A DNA stretch of 64,000 nucleotides from Plasmodiophora brassicae. Lineage: Eukaryota. A program made the translations under genes and the position numbers. Under the pieces are notes generated by a model that saw only the letters and a program-made list of their open reading frames with translations, was not told the origin of the DNA and ran no database searches. The stretch is taken from contig CP145411.1 of assembly GCA_036867785.1 (NCBI GenBank), forward strand, positions 1,426,001 through 1,490,000. Reading direction: 5' to 3'. Positions within the stretch are counted from its first letter, which is position 1; every line of letters begins with the position of its first letter. Of this stretch, positions 8,839 through 20,615 are shown piece after piece.

Positions 8839-10143
8839 ATGTATCGCGTCTGCCTCGCTGTGCTGGCGGTTGTGAGCCAGGGAGTCCTGGCCGACATTCA
8901 ACCGGTATACTGTGGGAGTATGCCTGCGCACGCTGTGTACCCATCATCGTGACGCTTACGAACCATTGTGCAGAGCCAGGCAGTACGGAATGGTCCAGCT
9001 GCCTGTTTGACGGCCCCACCTGCAACTGGGCCACCGACTTCGCCAACTGGTACGGTAGATGACGATTGTATTGCAGCGAACGCCAACGGGTTGCACGCAG
9101 GGAAAACGAACATGTGGCCCTGGCGGAATACAATAAGGACCCGATCCCAGGACCTTCGACACAGTTCATTGTGGAGGGTGGCATGCCACACCTGAACGGC
9201 GCCGGCGAGCTCGTCATGGAGGTTTACCCTTGCAATGGGCCGAACAGTATCGGGTGCGGGACCATTATCTCGACGTCACGTGCCATCTTGTACGGGACGT
9301 TCTCGGCGACGTTCGTCTCGACTGGCGTGCCATCGTGCGTTACGAGCTTTATCAGCGTGTCCAGCTCGCTCGACGAGATCGACCTGGAGATCACCGGCAA
9401 AGACCAGACCAACGCCAACGCCAACTGGTGGGTTGTCGAAGATCTTGACAAGCTCATGCTGACGTCCCCCGTTGTAGGTGGTACCGAGGGAGTGAATTGC
9501 TGGACGCGAACGGACATAACGTGAACGGATACACGATGCGGACCGTGGATGACAACTCAGTGAACTTCCACACGTACACCATCGACTGGAACGCCACACA
9601 AATCTCTTGGGGTCGAAGTCGTCGCTCTGTTCGGCGACACCACTAGCCACTGACTACCTAGGCGCTATCGTTTTAGCAATTGACGGTGTCGTCCAGCATA
9701 CTTCCTACGCTGCGGATTCTCGTAAAGGGTTCCCATCTACGCCATCTCGTATCTCGTTCGGCGCCTGGGAGACCGCCCTGACGAGCACCTGGGCAGGAGT
9801 CGCTTCCAGCGGCGTACGTCTTCATCATGGCACTACTTCGACATCGTTCCTCTGACGCTCTCTGTGACGCAGATTTACCCGAAGAACGCAACGTCGCGCT
9901 GGAAGTCCATGAACATTTCATGGTGTGTTAGGCAAGTACGTGTGTAGACACTGTGGGACCTGAACCTCTTCCGACAGCGCGGCAAACAATGGTCCACCCG
10001 CCGTCATTTCCAAGCGACAGCCACGTCCACCCATCACCTCTGCAACTACAGCACCGATGGCAGACGTCGGCGGTGGCGCTATGTCGATGCCGACGGCGAC
10101 GTTCCTAATGGCAGTAACGCTGACCGCCTGGTTCACATTGTAG
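8839..10143 (+). CDS. Secreted, probably GPI-anchored glycoside hydrolase family 16 (Crh/lichenase-like), multi-exon
   Basis: Signal peptide MYRVCLAVLAVVSQGVLA. Core motifs ILYGTFSA, VTSFI, catalytic DEIDLEITG, NFHTYTIDWNATQISW and FPSTPSRISFGAW. After an intron at about 9923-9977 comes a Pro/Thr stalk and hydrophobic end TFLMAVTLTAWFTL*. Confidence 0.8.
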
Positions 10144-10164
10144 AGCACAATAAAGACGTTTACG

Positions 10165-11625
10165 CTATCTTCGCCAGAATTTCAGAACGCGATCGCGCCC
10201 GCCGGATGCAACGCGTTCGCCATCGGGGCTCCAGTCCAGGGCGAACACTTCGTCGGCGTGCCCGGGCAGGTCGTTCAACAGTTTCCGGGTGCGCACCTCC
10301 CAGACCTTGACAGTGCTGTCCCGGCTGCCGCTAACCAGCAGGCGACTGTCGGCGCTCCAGGCCACCGAGTAGACCGCCTGGACATGGCCGCGAAGCGTCG
10401 CCAGGAACCGGCCCGTCTGCCCATCCCAGATCCGGATCGAGTGGTCGAACGCGGCACTGGCGATCAGGCGCCCATCGGGAGAGAACGCCATGTGGTTGAC
10501 CGGTTGCTGATGCCCAGTCATGCGAGCAACGGGCTTATCCGACTTCCAGGGGTGCCACAGGAACAATGTGAAGTCATCGCTGCAGGAGACCAGTCGCTCG
10601 CCGTCAGCGGCAACAGCATCGTAACGGGCACGTGCGGCTCGCTTGACATCGCCGTCAGCGGGTAGTGCACCGCGATGATCGAAGGCGCCAGTGCGAAGCG
10701 CGTAGTCGGTGCTTAACGACAGACTGTTGACCCAGTGCGCATGGCCCTGCAACGTCTTATGCAGTGTCCCCGACAGCGGGTCCCAGATCTTGATGGTGCG
10801 GTCCTGCGAGGCACTGTAGAGGAAGCCAGACCCGCCCCATCGGATACAGGTCACACACGCGGTATGGCCTGAGAGCGTGTGGACAAGGGCACCGGTTCCC
10901 GAGACCCAGATCTTGATCGTGCCGTCCTTCCCAGCGGACGCGAAACGGGTCACGTCGTCGACGAAGACAGGCTGCCAGGAGAAGGATGTGATGTACTTCG
11001 AGTGGCATCGGGAAAGCGGGCGACGCGGAGAGGGAACGCCAACGATAGGATCCCATATGAAGATAACGCCGGATCGGCACCCTGAGACCAGACGGGTACC
11101 ATCGGGGGACCACGACACGGCTTGGACCCAGTCTTTGTGGCCTTTCAGCGTATGCATCGGCATTTCGGCGTCCACCTGCCAGATGCGGACGGTCGAATCG
11201 CCAGAACCGGTGGCAAGATGCTGTCCGTCAGGAGAGAACTGCACGATGAGAATGGCTTCCGTGTGCCCCGGTAGCGTTGACGTGCATCGGCCCACGGAGC
11301 GTACCCGGAACATGGCCTGCGGTTGGAACGTGATCGTGATGACCTGTTCAGTCATGGACTGTGGCACTAGCTCAGCAATGCTCTTCATGATCTCATCATC
11401 GCCAATGAAGAAGGCGTACGGCTGCCAGTCGTTGGCATTCGTCACCGAGTGAACCAACTGCGTTAGCTGGGCCGTCGTCGACTCCAGCGGCAGCTCCAGA
11501 CGCGACCCGCATATATCCCCGGTCTCTCCGTTGCGAAGTTGCACAATGGCCCGTTGGCCGCCCTCACCAACGGCTGTTATTCCACCCGCCGTTTCATGTC
11601 CCACAACAACTGCTGGCACAGCCAT
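10165..11625 (-). CDS. NLE1: Notchless/Rsa4 WD40 ribosome biogenesis protein
   Basis: N-terminal NLE domain (TEQVITITFQPQAMFRVR), WD repeats, GHAHWVNSLSLSTDYALRTG, ERLVSCSDDFTLFLW and RMTGHQQPVN. Confidence 0.95.
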   Translation of the reverse strand: MAVPAVVVGHETAGGITAVGEGGQRAIVQLRNGETGDICGSRLELPLESTTAQLTQLVHSVTNANDWQPYAFFIGDDEIMKSIAELVPQSMTEQVITITFQPQAMFRVRSVGRCTSTLPGHTEAILIVQFSPDGQHLATGSGDSTVRIWQVDAEMPMHTLKGHKDWVQAVSWSPDGTRLVSGCRSGVIFIWDPIVGVPSPRRPLSRCHSKYITSFSWQPVFVDDVTRFASAGKDGTIKIWVSGTGALVHTLSGHTACVTCIRWGGSGFLYSASQDRTIKIWDPLSGTLHKTLQGHAHWVNSLSLSTDYALRTGAFDHRGALPADGDVKRAARARYDAVAADGERLVSCSDDFTLFLWHPWKSDKPVARMTGHQQPVNHMAFSPDGRLIASAAFDHSIRIWDGQTGRFLATLRGHVQAVYSVAWSADSRLLVSGSRDSTVKVWEVRTRKLLNDLPGHADEVFALDWSPDGERVASGGRDRVLKFWRR

Positions 11626-12165
11626 CTTACAACGTGTCACCGGGTGTCGTGGTCGGTCTCTTCCCCTGCGGAGTCCGTGGCGGAGTCCGTAACTACGGTA
11701 ACGTTACCAGTACGTTTATTGCGTGCTGCTGTTTAGCCTAAAAGCATCTGCGAACAAACTGTGGGCGTGCCGCGCTTCTTCGACGCCCAGAATGTTGGTA
11801 TTCCAGGCTGATGCGGGAAGGGGGTCTGTGATGACCCTGAAATCTCCACCGTACGCGTTGGTCGTGCAGAATCATCGCGCAGACGTTTCGGTCCTCGGGT
11901 TTTGAACTACGCTCGTTCGTGCGCGTCTGGCTTCCCGGACGGTGATGTCCGGTGCCCGTCCCGACCGTCTGCCGCCCAGTCAAAACGGGGACGGCGCCTG
12001 CAAGTGCAACCGAATCTTGTCATTGTTGTGGGGGTTTTTTTTGGCAAACGACGGCGTTCGACAGTCGTCAGCCCTCACAAAAATAGAACCGACACCACCG
12101 GAACATGTTGATTCGGTGATGCGGGTTGTGGTTGCACGGTCTGCCTGGGGATCCCTGTCGCTGGC

Positions 12166-15100
12166 ATGGCGTCGATAATCGGTGCGCGCGGCATCGCCTG
12201 CGTCAAGGGCGAGATACACAATGCGCTGTCGGTGCTGGAGTCGTCGCAGGCGGGGTCGTCGTCGTCGCTCTTTATCGATGCGCACGACGATGCCGCCGTG
12301 TCCGAATCCGTCGTCCTGGCCCGCGCCTTGCAGGACCTACATGATCAGCTTGGGTTCTACCAGGATCTGTCCGGGATCGAAACCCCATCGCTTCTCCGCC
12401 CCTTTCTGAATGTCATAACGTCCACGACGTCGCCGTGGCAGGTTGGTTGTTCCACCTGCCGATAAATACCAATAATGATTGAGACCCCCATGTGCAGGCC
12501 AGGGCTGTTTGCCTTCAGGCAATTCATAAGTTCCTGTTGTACGGGCTCGTCCGTCCTCTGGGGCTATGTGCTGGCACAGCAATCAACGAGTGTGTCGCCT
12601 GCCTCGCGAAATCAATGTCGAACCCGGGCCTGCACCGATCCCATCGGGAACTCCTGCACCTGCGCGTACTGGAACTGTTCCTGGAACTGGTGCGTTGCCC
12701 AGCTGGCATTCTGCTGTCGAACCAGTCGTTGTGCCTCGTGTTCGAGGAGATATTCGCCTTGCGACGGCACGCTTATGCTAGTGCTACTCTGGTTGCATTC
12801 GCCGACGACATCCTCTGCCAGTTCATACTGGTCGTGTTCGTTCGGTTAAGGACACTGAAACGTCAAGAGAGCGCGAACGGCGCCCGTGACGCGCCCGCAC
12901 TTCACCGGCGAAGCTCTACGCACGACCTGGTAGGCGTTTGCAATCGAAACTCGTATCCGTCGGAAACCACCGAGGTGTCGCTAGCCACCCCTGGATATGG
13001 GACACCCGCGCTCGAGCGCATCCTTCGATTCATTGCAGGCTTGATTGATCCGTCGTCCAACGATCTCGACGTGCGCATCCTTGGCCTCCGGCTTGTCAAC
13101 ATCTGTCTAGAGACGGCCGGCGGCGGCCTAGGGCTATACCCTGACCTCGTCGCCGTTGTCCAGGATGACATCTGCAAGCAGATTCTTCAGAATTCGCAAA
13201 CGACAGATAGTTCAGTTCTCGCGCTCGTTCTGAGAATCGTTTACGATCTGTTCGCCGCAGTTCGAAGGCATATCCGTGTTCAACTCGAGGTACGGTTGCT
13301 GATTGTAGATCTGTCCTCTTTACGTCTAAGTAACTGCCGTCCGTATAGGTCTTCTTCACGTCCATTCACATTCGAATCGCTGCCAATCCTTCGGCTGCGT
13401 TCCAGCAGCGCAAGCTCGTTCTGCAGAGCCTCGTTGAAATCTGCAGCGAGCCGGATCTGCTTGTCGGTATCTATCGCAACTACGACTGTGGCATCGCGTC
13501 CACCAATATGTTCGAGGACCTCGTCCGCGTGCTGAGTCAGCTGGCCTTGCCTGATCATGTCACGCTGCCATCGCAGGGATCTTTATCCAGAACCAGGCAT
13601 GGGTCTGGAGAGTTCCGTACCATCACTGCTATTCACCTGCTCGCGCTGCAGTCGATTCTGGCGATTGTATCGTCCATTGCCAAACGGTTTGCATCAAAGA
13701 CATCTGGCACTTCATTGGAAGACGCAGACGGGGACGCCTCATCGCCTACGGATCCGACTGAAGGGTTGGATGATGAACTCTCGGAGAACCGTCGACTCAA
13801 GGCGCAGATGCGTCGCGCCGCTGAGCTGTTCAACGACCACGGGTACAAATCCATTGGGCAGTTACAGGCCCTGAACGTGCTACCTGCAGCGCCCAGCGAG
13901 GAAGTTACCGTTGATCCTGAGGCAATGGCAAGGTTCCTTCGGGACACACCTGGCCTCGATAGACGCCAGGTTGGCGCCTACCTAGGACGCAGCGACGCCA
14001 CTGCATTGAAAGTGCTCGCCGCCTACGTTGACCTGTTCGAGCTGGAAGGACTCGGGTTCGTCGAAGCTCTGCGGGCGTTCATGGAATCGTTTGTCATCCC
14101 TGGTGAGGCCCAGATGATTTCGAGAATCATGGAGGAATTCGCCCGACGGTATTATGCCCAGAATCCCGAGGGGCCGATTGCAGACCAGGACGCTGCGTTT
14201 GTGCTCGCTTTCTCCATTATCATGCTCAATACCGACGCGCACAACCCAGGCGTCAAATCGAAGATGACACTCGATCAGTTCATCCGGAACAATCGTGGTA
14301 TCAACAAGGGTGCCGACTTCCCTGCCGAGTATCTGGGGTCGATCTATGCGGCGATTAGGGAGCAGGAGATCCGAATCGTATCGGAGAGCCTGTCTGACCT
14401 TGTCGATGCTGATGGCGACGGTGGCGTCAATTCGACACACTGGGACCATCTCGTTCGTCAGTCCCGGAACGAGGAAACGGCATCGTTCCACGTCACTGCT
14501 GGGCACGCCCACGGTCTTGCCATGTTCAACATGCTGCGGCCCACTTTCCCGCACGTCGTCTCGTGGTACCTGGAATCGGTCGACAACTCCAAGATCGCCG
14601 AACGGGTCGTTGAATCGTGCCATTTATACGCGCGCATCTGTGCTGTCTATGTACGTTGTGTCCTTTGCCCATGCACCGTCTGCCTTGCTGACTGCTTTGC
14701 AGGATATCGATGCAGGATTTAACGGGCTCATTATTGGCCTGTGCCGGTCGTTAGTTATCACGTTACGGAATGCATCGAGTGACCCTGATGGGTACCCTCC
14801 TCGTATTGCGTTCGGCCGCGATCGCAGGGCCCATCGGTGCTGCCAACTTTGTAGGCGCCGGTCTCAGGTGTCGTCTCATCGTAGGGCCTGACCACGTTTG
14901 CTCAGTGTTCAACCTGGTGCTGACCTACGGGTACCGTTATCTGCGAGAGGCCTGGATGAATGTGGTGCACGTGATTCTCTGGCTGCGTCACATGCATCTG
15001 CTGCCGGATACCCTGCAACATATGGACGACATACGCGATTCGGACGGCAGACTCCTGCCATCCCTTCGCGATGCTGGGGCGCCTGTCGGGTCCCGAAAGA

Positions 15101-16940
15101 AGTCTCTCGCTGTGTCGTTTCTCAGCTCGGCTCTCCAGTCTATGTGGCTCGTGGACGATGACGACGAAGGTGATCAAATGTGGCTGCCCGTTCAATAATG
15201 GCTGACGACATTTAACCATTTTAGACAATGGGGTCGCGCAGGACAGCGACGACGCCCAAGACGGGTCCTCGGTTGCCTCTCTTGATGAGGACACAGAGAA
15301 TGCAGCAAACGGCCTGGAAGCTGTTCGGACGTGCAGCATTGACCATTGTAATCGTCCACCATGTCCATTGGAGGCGACAACTGACTTGGGAATCAGTGTT
15401 CATGACTGCGTATTCAGCGTCGACCCATCCAGAGTCTCTGAGGCACCTCGTGCAAACGCTCATCCTTCTTTCGTCTCACGTGTCTTCGCACGGCCGTGGA
15501 GAACCGGTGCCGACAGCACTTGACAATTTTGACCGGATGGTCGTTAATGAGGACGCTGCTGTCTTCTGTTTGGAGCGCCTGTCGAATATCGTCGAGCACA
15601 ACGTCAGCCACCTCGTCAAGATGGACCTCTGGCCCGCAGTTCTCAACCACTTTAAGGTAACTGGTTTCATCGCCGTCGCTCTTCGACGTATTCGGTATTA
15701 ACACGGTTACGCAGGCGCTTCTGGAAACTGCAGCAGGCGTCTCAGCACCGTCGTTTTACGTTGAACGTGTTGTCGTCAATCTCCTTAGGCTCTGTATTGG
15801 AGGACATGGTGCCATTGTCGATGATGCGATTGAGATGCTACCTTCACTCTTACTGTTGCCGATTCCTGTCCAGTCGGCCCTGTCTGAGCGGCTTGCTTAC
15901 GGACTCTCCCTTCTGGTTAAGTCCACCGTCCTGCCAGACCATATTTTCATGCCCGTTGTTGAAGTTCTAGCGAGCACACGGTGCCATCCGAAAGCGTTTG
16001 TCATTGCCATTGAAACGCTGGATCACCTCTGCGCGCAGTGCACTAGCCCCGACAGCATCCGCGCTCTTCTCCAGGTACTTCTTCGCATTTCCGAATCCCC
16101 AGGTCCTTTCCTGCGACGATCCCGGGTTGTGCATGCAATGCTGCTCGTGCAGCAATCGATTCTGTCGCTGCGTACCATGGGCGAGTCTTCCGTCGCCCCG
16201 GCTGGTGACCGAGCGACCGCAAATGCCCCTGATCGAGGCGCTTGTGGGCCCGGCTTATCTGACGAGACTTATAGGGATCTTTGGCTGTCTGCAATCGGGG
16301 CAATCTGTTCAGCGTGCGTTACTGGCGACGATTTCGACTCTCGACTGTACGCACTCGACTGTCTTCAAACGGCTCTTCTGTGCAAACCGGCATTGCCTTC
16401 CTCTCGACTCTGGATACAAGCATACGACGACATCCTGCTTCGGATGGTAGCTGACATCGGTGGGAATCACAAGGTTCAAGAACGCGCTTGCTGTCTCCTG
16501 TTCCAAGCGCTGTTGCATCAGCTGTCTGTGCTCGCTGGAGACCCGGGCTTCACAGCATTCTTTCTTCGTTTTCTTGATGCATTGCAGCAGGTCGGCATCT
16601 TGCTAGTATCATGCGTGTCTCTGTACTGAAACGCTGTCCTCGACTGTAGGCAATGCTTCAAGATGGAGCTGAGAGCCAACTTGGAATGCATTTCCAGGAA
16701 CTGTTGAAGAATGTCGTATTCGTGTTGTCCGGGGCGTATCATGCCGATCTTCATAACAAGGATACCATCGCATCTGCCTTCAAACTGCTTCTGGAGCGGC
16801 GTCCCCAGCTGCAGAACTTTGTCGAGGACATCCAGAGCGAGCTGCAGTCGCAGCCGAAAGTCGACCCGGTCAACGGGGGGCATCCTGCTGACGCCCAGTC
16901 CACTGTGGATGAAGAACCGCAAGGTGATGACTTGAGATGA
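12166..16940 (+). CDS. GBF1: Large ARF guanine-nucleotide exchange factor, GBF1/GNOM type (multi-exon)
   Basis: DCB region (LRPFLNVI...LQAIHKFL), HUS box (YRNYDC...NMFEDL), Sec7 domain with FVIPGEAQMISRIMEEF and FSIIMLNTDAHN, and HDS-like downstream exons. Confidence 0.88.
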
Positions 16941-17009
16941 AGCGTCAGGTTTCCCCGGCCTGTTCCGTGAAGACCGCATGCTTGTATTTTATTATGCAGC
17001 TAGATATAT

Positions 17010-19570
17010 TCACATTTCATATCTCCATTCTGCCGTCCTCTTCAATGTGTCGTCCACAGATATGGTTTCGCGTTCTTCCGTTGCCCGGAAACACTCAATG
17101 ATATCGCCCTGCACGAAATCGTTGAACCCGTCGAGGACGATACCGCACTCAGACCCTTTCTCGACAGCGGGAACCTCGTCCTTGAAGTGACGGAGCGTGA
17201 AAACGGAGCCCTCCCAAATGACATTGTTGTTTCGGAAGACGCGAACGCGGGAGGATTTCTCGAACTTCCCATGAACGATCCGAGATCCGGCGGCACGACT
17301 GGTGATACGACCACGTGCTCCATGCAAGTCGAAGATTGCCAGGACGTGAGCGCGTCCTGTCGTCTCAACCGTGCTCTTCAGTGGCATCCGCTCGTTGATA
17401 GCGGCAACGATCAGGTCCATGATCTTGTAGATGATCCGTTCGGTGCGGACCTGGACGCCAGCAGTCGTTGCTAGTTTCTTGGCAGGACCCTGCGGATTCA
17501 CGCCGAACCCGAACACGGTCGCGCCGGATTCCTGGGCGAGCTTCACATCAGCTTCGGTGATGGGTCCCACGCCCGACAGCAAAACAGCGAGCTGGACATG
17601 CTTCTGTGGGATGCGATTGATGAACCCCAGAAGTGCATCGACACTGCCACTTGATTCGGCGCGGATGATCATCCGCATCGGTTCATGAGGTGCAGCATTC
17701 GGCTGTCCGCTCGCAGTCGACTGCTCAGATGCAGGCGCTTCCCATAGAGCACTGTTCTTCAGGTCTTGTTGCTCGCGCAGGGCAACACGCTGGGCGACGA
17801 TTCGCTTCGCGCGTTGCTCGTTGTCAACGACGACCAGTTCTGTGCCAGGCGATGGTACGGTTTTCATCCCCATGATGGCGACGGCTTGGGCGGGCGTCGC
17901 AGAACGAACTTTCTTTCCGAGGTCATCGTGTAGCGCTTTGACAACGCCCATGTGCTCGCCACAGACGATAACGTTTCCGACATCCAATGTTCCGCGACGA
18001 ACAATGGCGGTGACCGAAGGCCCGAGTCCTCGAACGATTTGCGACTCAATAACAACAGCGCGGGCAGGTCCACTGAAGATTGCTTGTGGCTCGCACATTT
18101 CTGCTTGCAGGCCGACTGATTCGCGAAGATCGTCTAAGCCTGCACCCGTCTTGGACGAAACTTCCACCATTTGTACGTCGCCACCAAGTTCTTCACTGTA
18201 GAACTATCCGTAAACCAATCGCAATAGAATACAGTACGCCGCAGAAGGAATACCTGACGAGCCCGTGGTCCATTAACGAGCGTCGAACACTGTCCGGGTC
18301 AGCGCCCGGCAGGTCACACTGAAAAAAGCCAATATCAACAAGGAGGAGCGATGCAGGACGATTCAGGGCGCCGGACCTTTGTCAAGGCGACGACAACGGG
18401 GAGATCTTCATTGCGGATTGCCTTGATCGACTCGATTGTTTGATCTTGCACTCCCGAATCAGCAGCGACAACAAGAATGACGACATCCTGTCCAACGGCG
18501 GTTAGCTCCGCATTTTAACTGCAGCGCCCTCGTTTAGGCTAATACCGTTATCCTGCAGGCATTTACGCGCATAGAACAGAATGCAGCGTGGCCAGGGGTG
18601 TCAATGAACGTTGACGAGATTGCGGGTGTCAACGCAAGCGCAAACGCGCCTATCCGCTGCGTAATACCGCCCACCTCGCTTTGCGCGATTCGTGTGTCCC
18701 TCAGCGTGTCAAGCAGCGTCGTCTGCGCACAGTACTGGTCATGTTTTGCAACATCAAACGTCGAATCGGAAGGTACCTTCCCATGGTCAACATGGCCGAC
18801 AACGGAAACGACAACGGGACGTGTTTGTGCCTCCGCGTCCTTTGCGAAGCTCTTTTCGACGAACACCTCATCGTCCCCGTCCCCCATTGGAGGGGTGAGC
18901 TCAACGTCGAATGGCACCTGCAGCTCCATGGCCGCCACCTGCACCGTCTCCGTTGCAACGAGGACGTCGGCAAACCCACGCCAAGGGATATCCTCCCCTA
19001 ACCTTCTCAGCGCCCCAGCCACGGCAGGCATCGATATCCCCAGCAGCTGACTGAACTCCCGCACGCTCAGCTTATCCTACAGACGCCGACGTCAGACGTT
19101 GAGAAATGGATGCACGCGCTGTTCGACTGGACACTAACGCCTTCCGTCAGGATCATTCTTCTCCGGCGCTGCTCGATGAGCGTTTTCTTGCGTTTCTTCC
19201 GTTGATCTCGTTCATCGTCACCGCGGTCGGGTACAGGCCTGGGTAGGTGAGAACGCGGCGTGTGGGCGGGTCTCCCCGCCAGTTTCTCCATGAACCGTTT
19301 GACCTTATCGTCGTGAACGGACGGAGGAGGCGCAGTCGCCGGTCCTTGCGCCCGTGCAGGTGCCGGCGCGATCGACATGTTCTTCAGCTGTTCCCGCAAT
19401 TTACTCGGCGCCGCCGGTGGCGTCGTCGCCGGTTCGGCCGCGGGATTCGGTGGCACGGCGCCGGGCCGGTTCGGCACGATCCCCTGCTGACGCAGCCTCA
19501 GGGCCTCGCGCACCCTGTCCAAGATGGACGCCGGCTTCGACGACAGCCATCGTCGACCGGCGTGCAGCAT
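17010..19570 (-). CDS. MTIF2: Mitochondrial translation initiation factor IF-2 (multi-exon)
   Basis: Presequence-like [31 protein letters not shown] (split by an intron), [22 protein letters not shown], and C-terminal [17 protein letters not shown]. Confidence 0.92.
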
Positions 19571-19676
19571 GCGACCTCCGTGGCCGCAAACCCGAATGAG
19601 GCCCCCCGCCGCCGACGACGGAACCCCCAGTCCCACGCCCTCCTTACACACATCCCCGACGCACCCAATAACAAAA

Positions 19677-20469
19677 TGACCGTCCGACGTTGCAGTTCGT
19701 CTGTCGACAGGCTGGGCAGGAACCGCCTCGGTGCTGTGTGCAGCCGCCGCCATTCGCCCTCAGAAGACGTTGCTGCCCATTTTGCTGGCGCAGGTGTCGC
19801 CGGTTGCAGAGCGAAGCCGATTCCCGTTGGGTCGCACGTTGCCCGAGTCAGAGCAGTCTGCCGGTCGACGAAGGTGACGCGACGTACGGTCGGGCACTGA
19901 AGGATCTTGCGGGAAGCCGCCCTGGTTAGTTGCCGATCTTGGTACAGGCGACCGTACGGGTAGTCCCACGCTATAGCCGCATCGGGCAGCATACCGCTAA
20001 CGTTGCCATGAACCGCATCCGCATCTCGGTGACGTCGCCCGAGATGGTCGAGACACTGATCGCCACCATGGAAGGCGTAGTCCCCGCCAAGGCAGTCGAT
20101 GAGGGGCGCCCCGTGAAACTGAAGGCGATCCAGCGTGTCGACCCTGTCAAGTCGGCATCTGCCGGCGGGGAGTGCACCTCGCCTAGTCCGCCGAAGCGGG
20201 CCGCGAAGAAGAAGGCCAGCAAGGTGGCCAAAGACCACGATGGGGACACGGACAGCAACAGCAGTGAGGAGAAGAAGGCGATCGCGGCCTGGGGGCTGAA
20301 GCCGTCCAAGTTCCGTCCGGCGTACACCATGTCATCGGACGACGACAGCAATGCATCCGACGACATTACCGTTGACGGTGACGAGGAAGCCGCCGCAGAG
20401 CTGCTACAGACCTGGGACAATGGGAGTGTGTTCTCTCAGTCGGACGACGAGAAGATGGAGAATGAGTGA
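19677..20469 (+). CDS. Hypothetical protein with basic and acidic low-complexity C-terminus
   Basis: ORF 19930-20469 looks coding. A possible first exon from ATG 19677 joins in frame through a GT-AG intron at about 19874-19929. No family recognised. Confidence 0.45.
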
Positions 20470-20615
20470 ATGAACGATTACACATGCCGCTAGGCCCAAC
20501 AGCAAATTAGTCGCGTACTGCCACGTCATGTTGTGCAGGATGACGTGACTTAACGTGTGTGTGTGTGTCGGGCGATCTCTCACGCATGTCACCTCGATTG
20601 ACTTTGATCATGTAT

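Noticed and set aside
20555-20568. (GT)n microsatellite, with similar short tracts near 50858 and 51413
   Set aside because: About 7 units, ordinary simple repeats.
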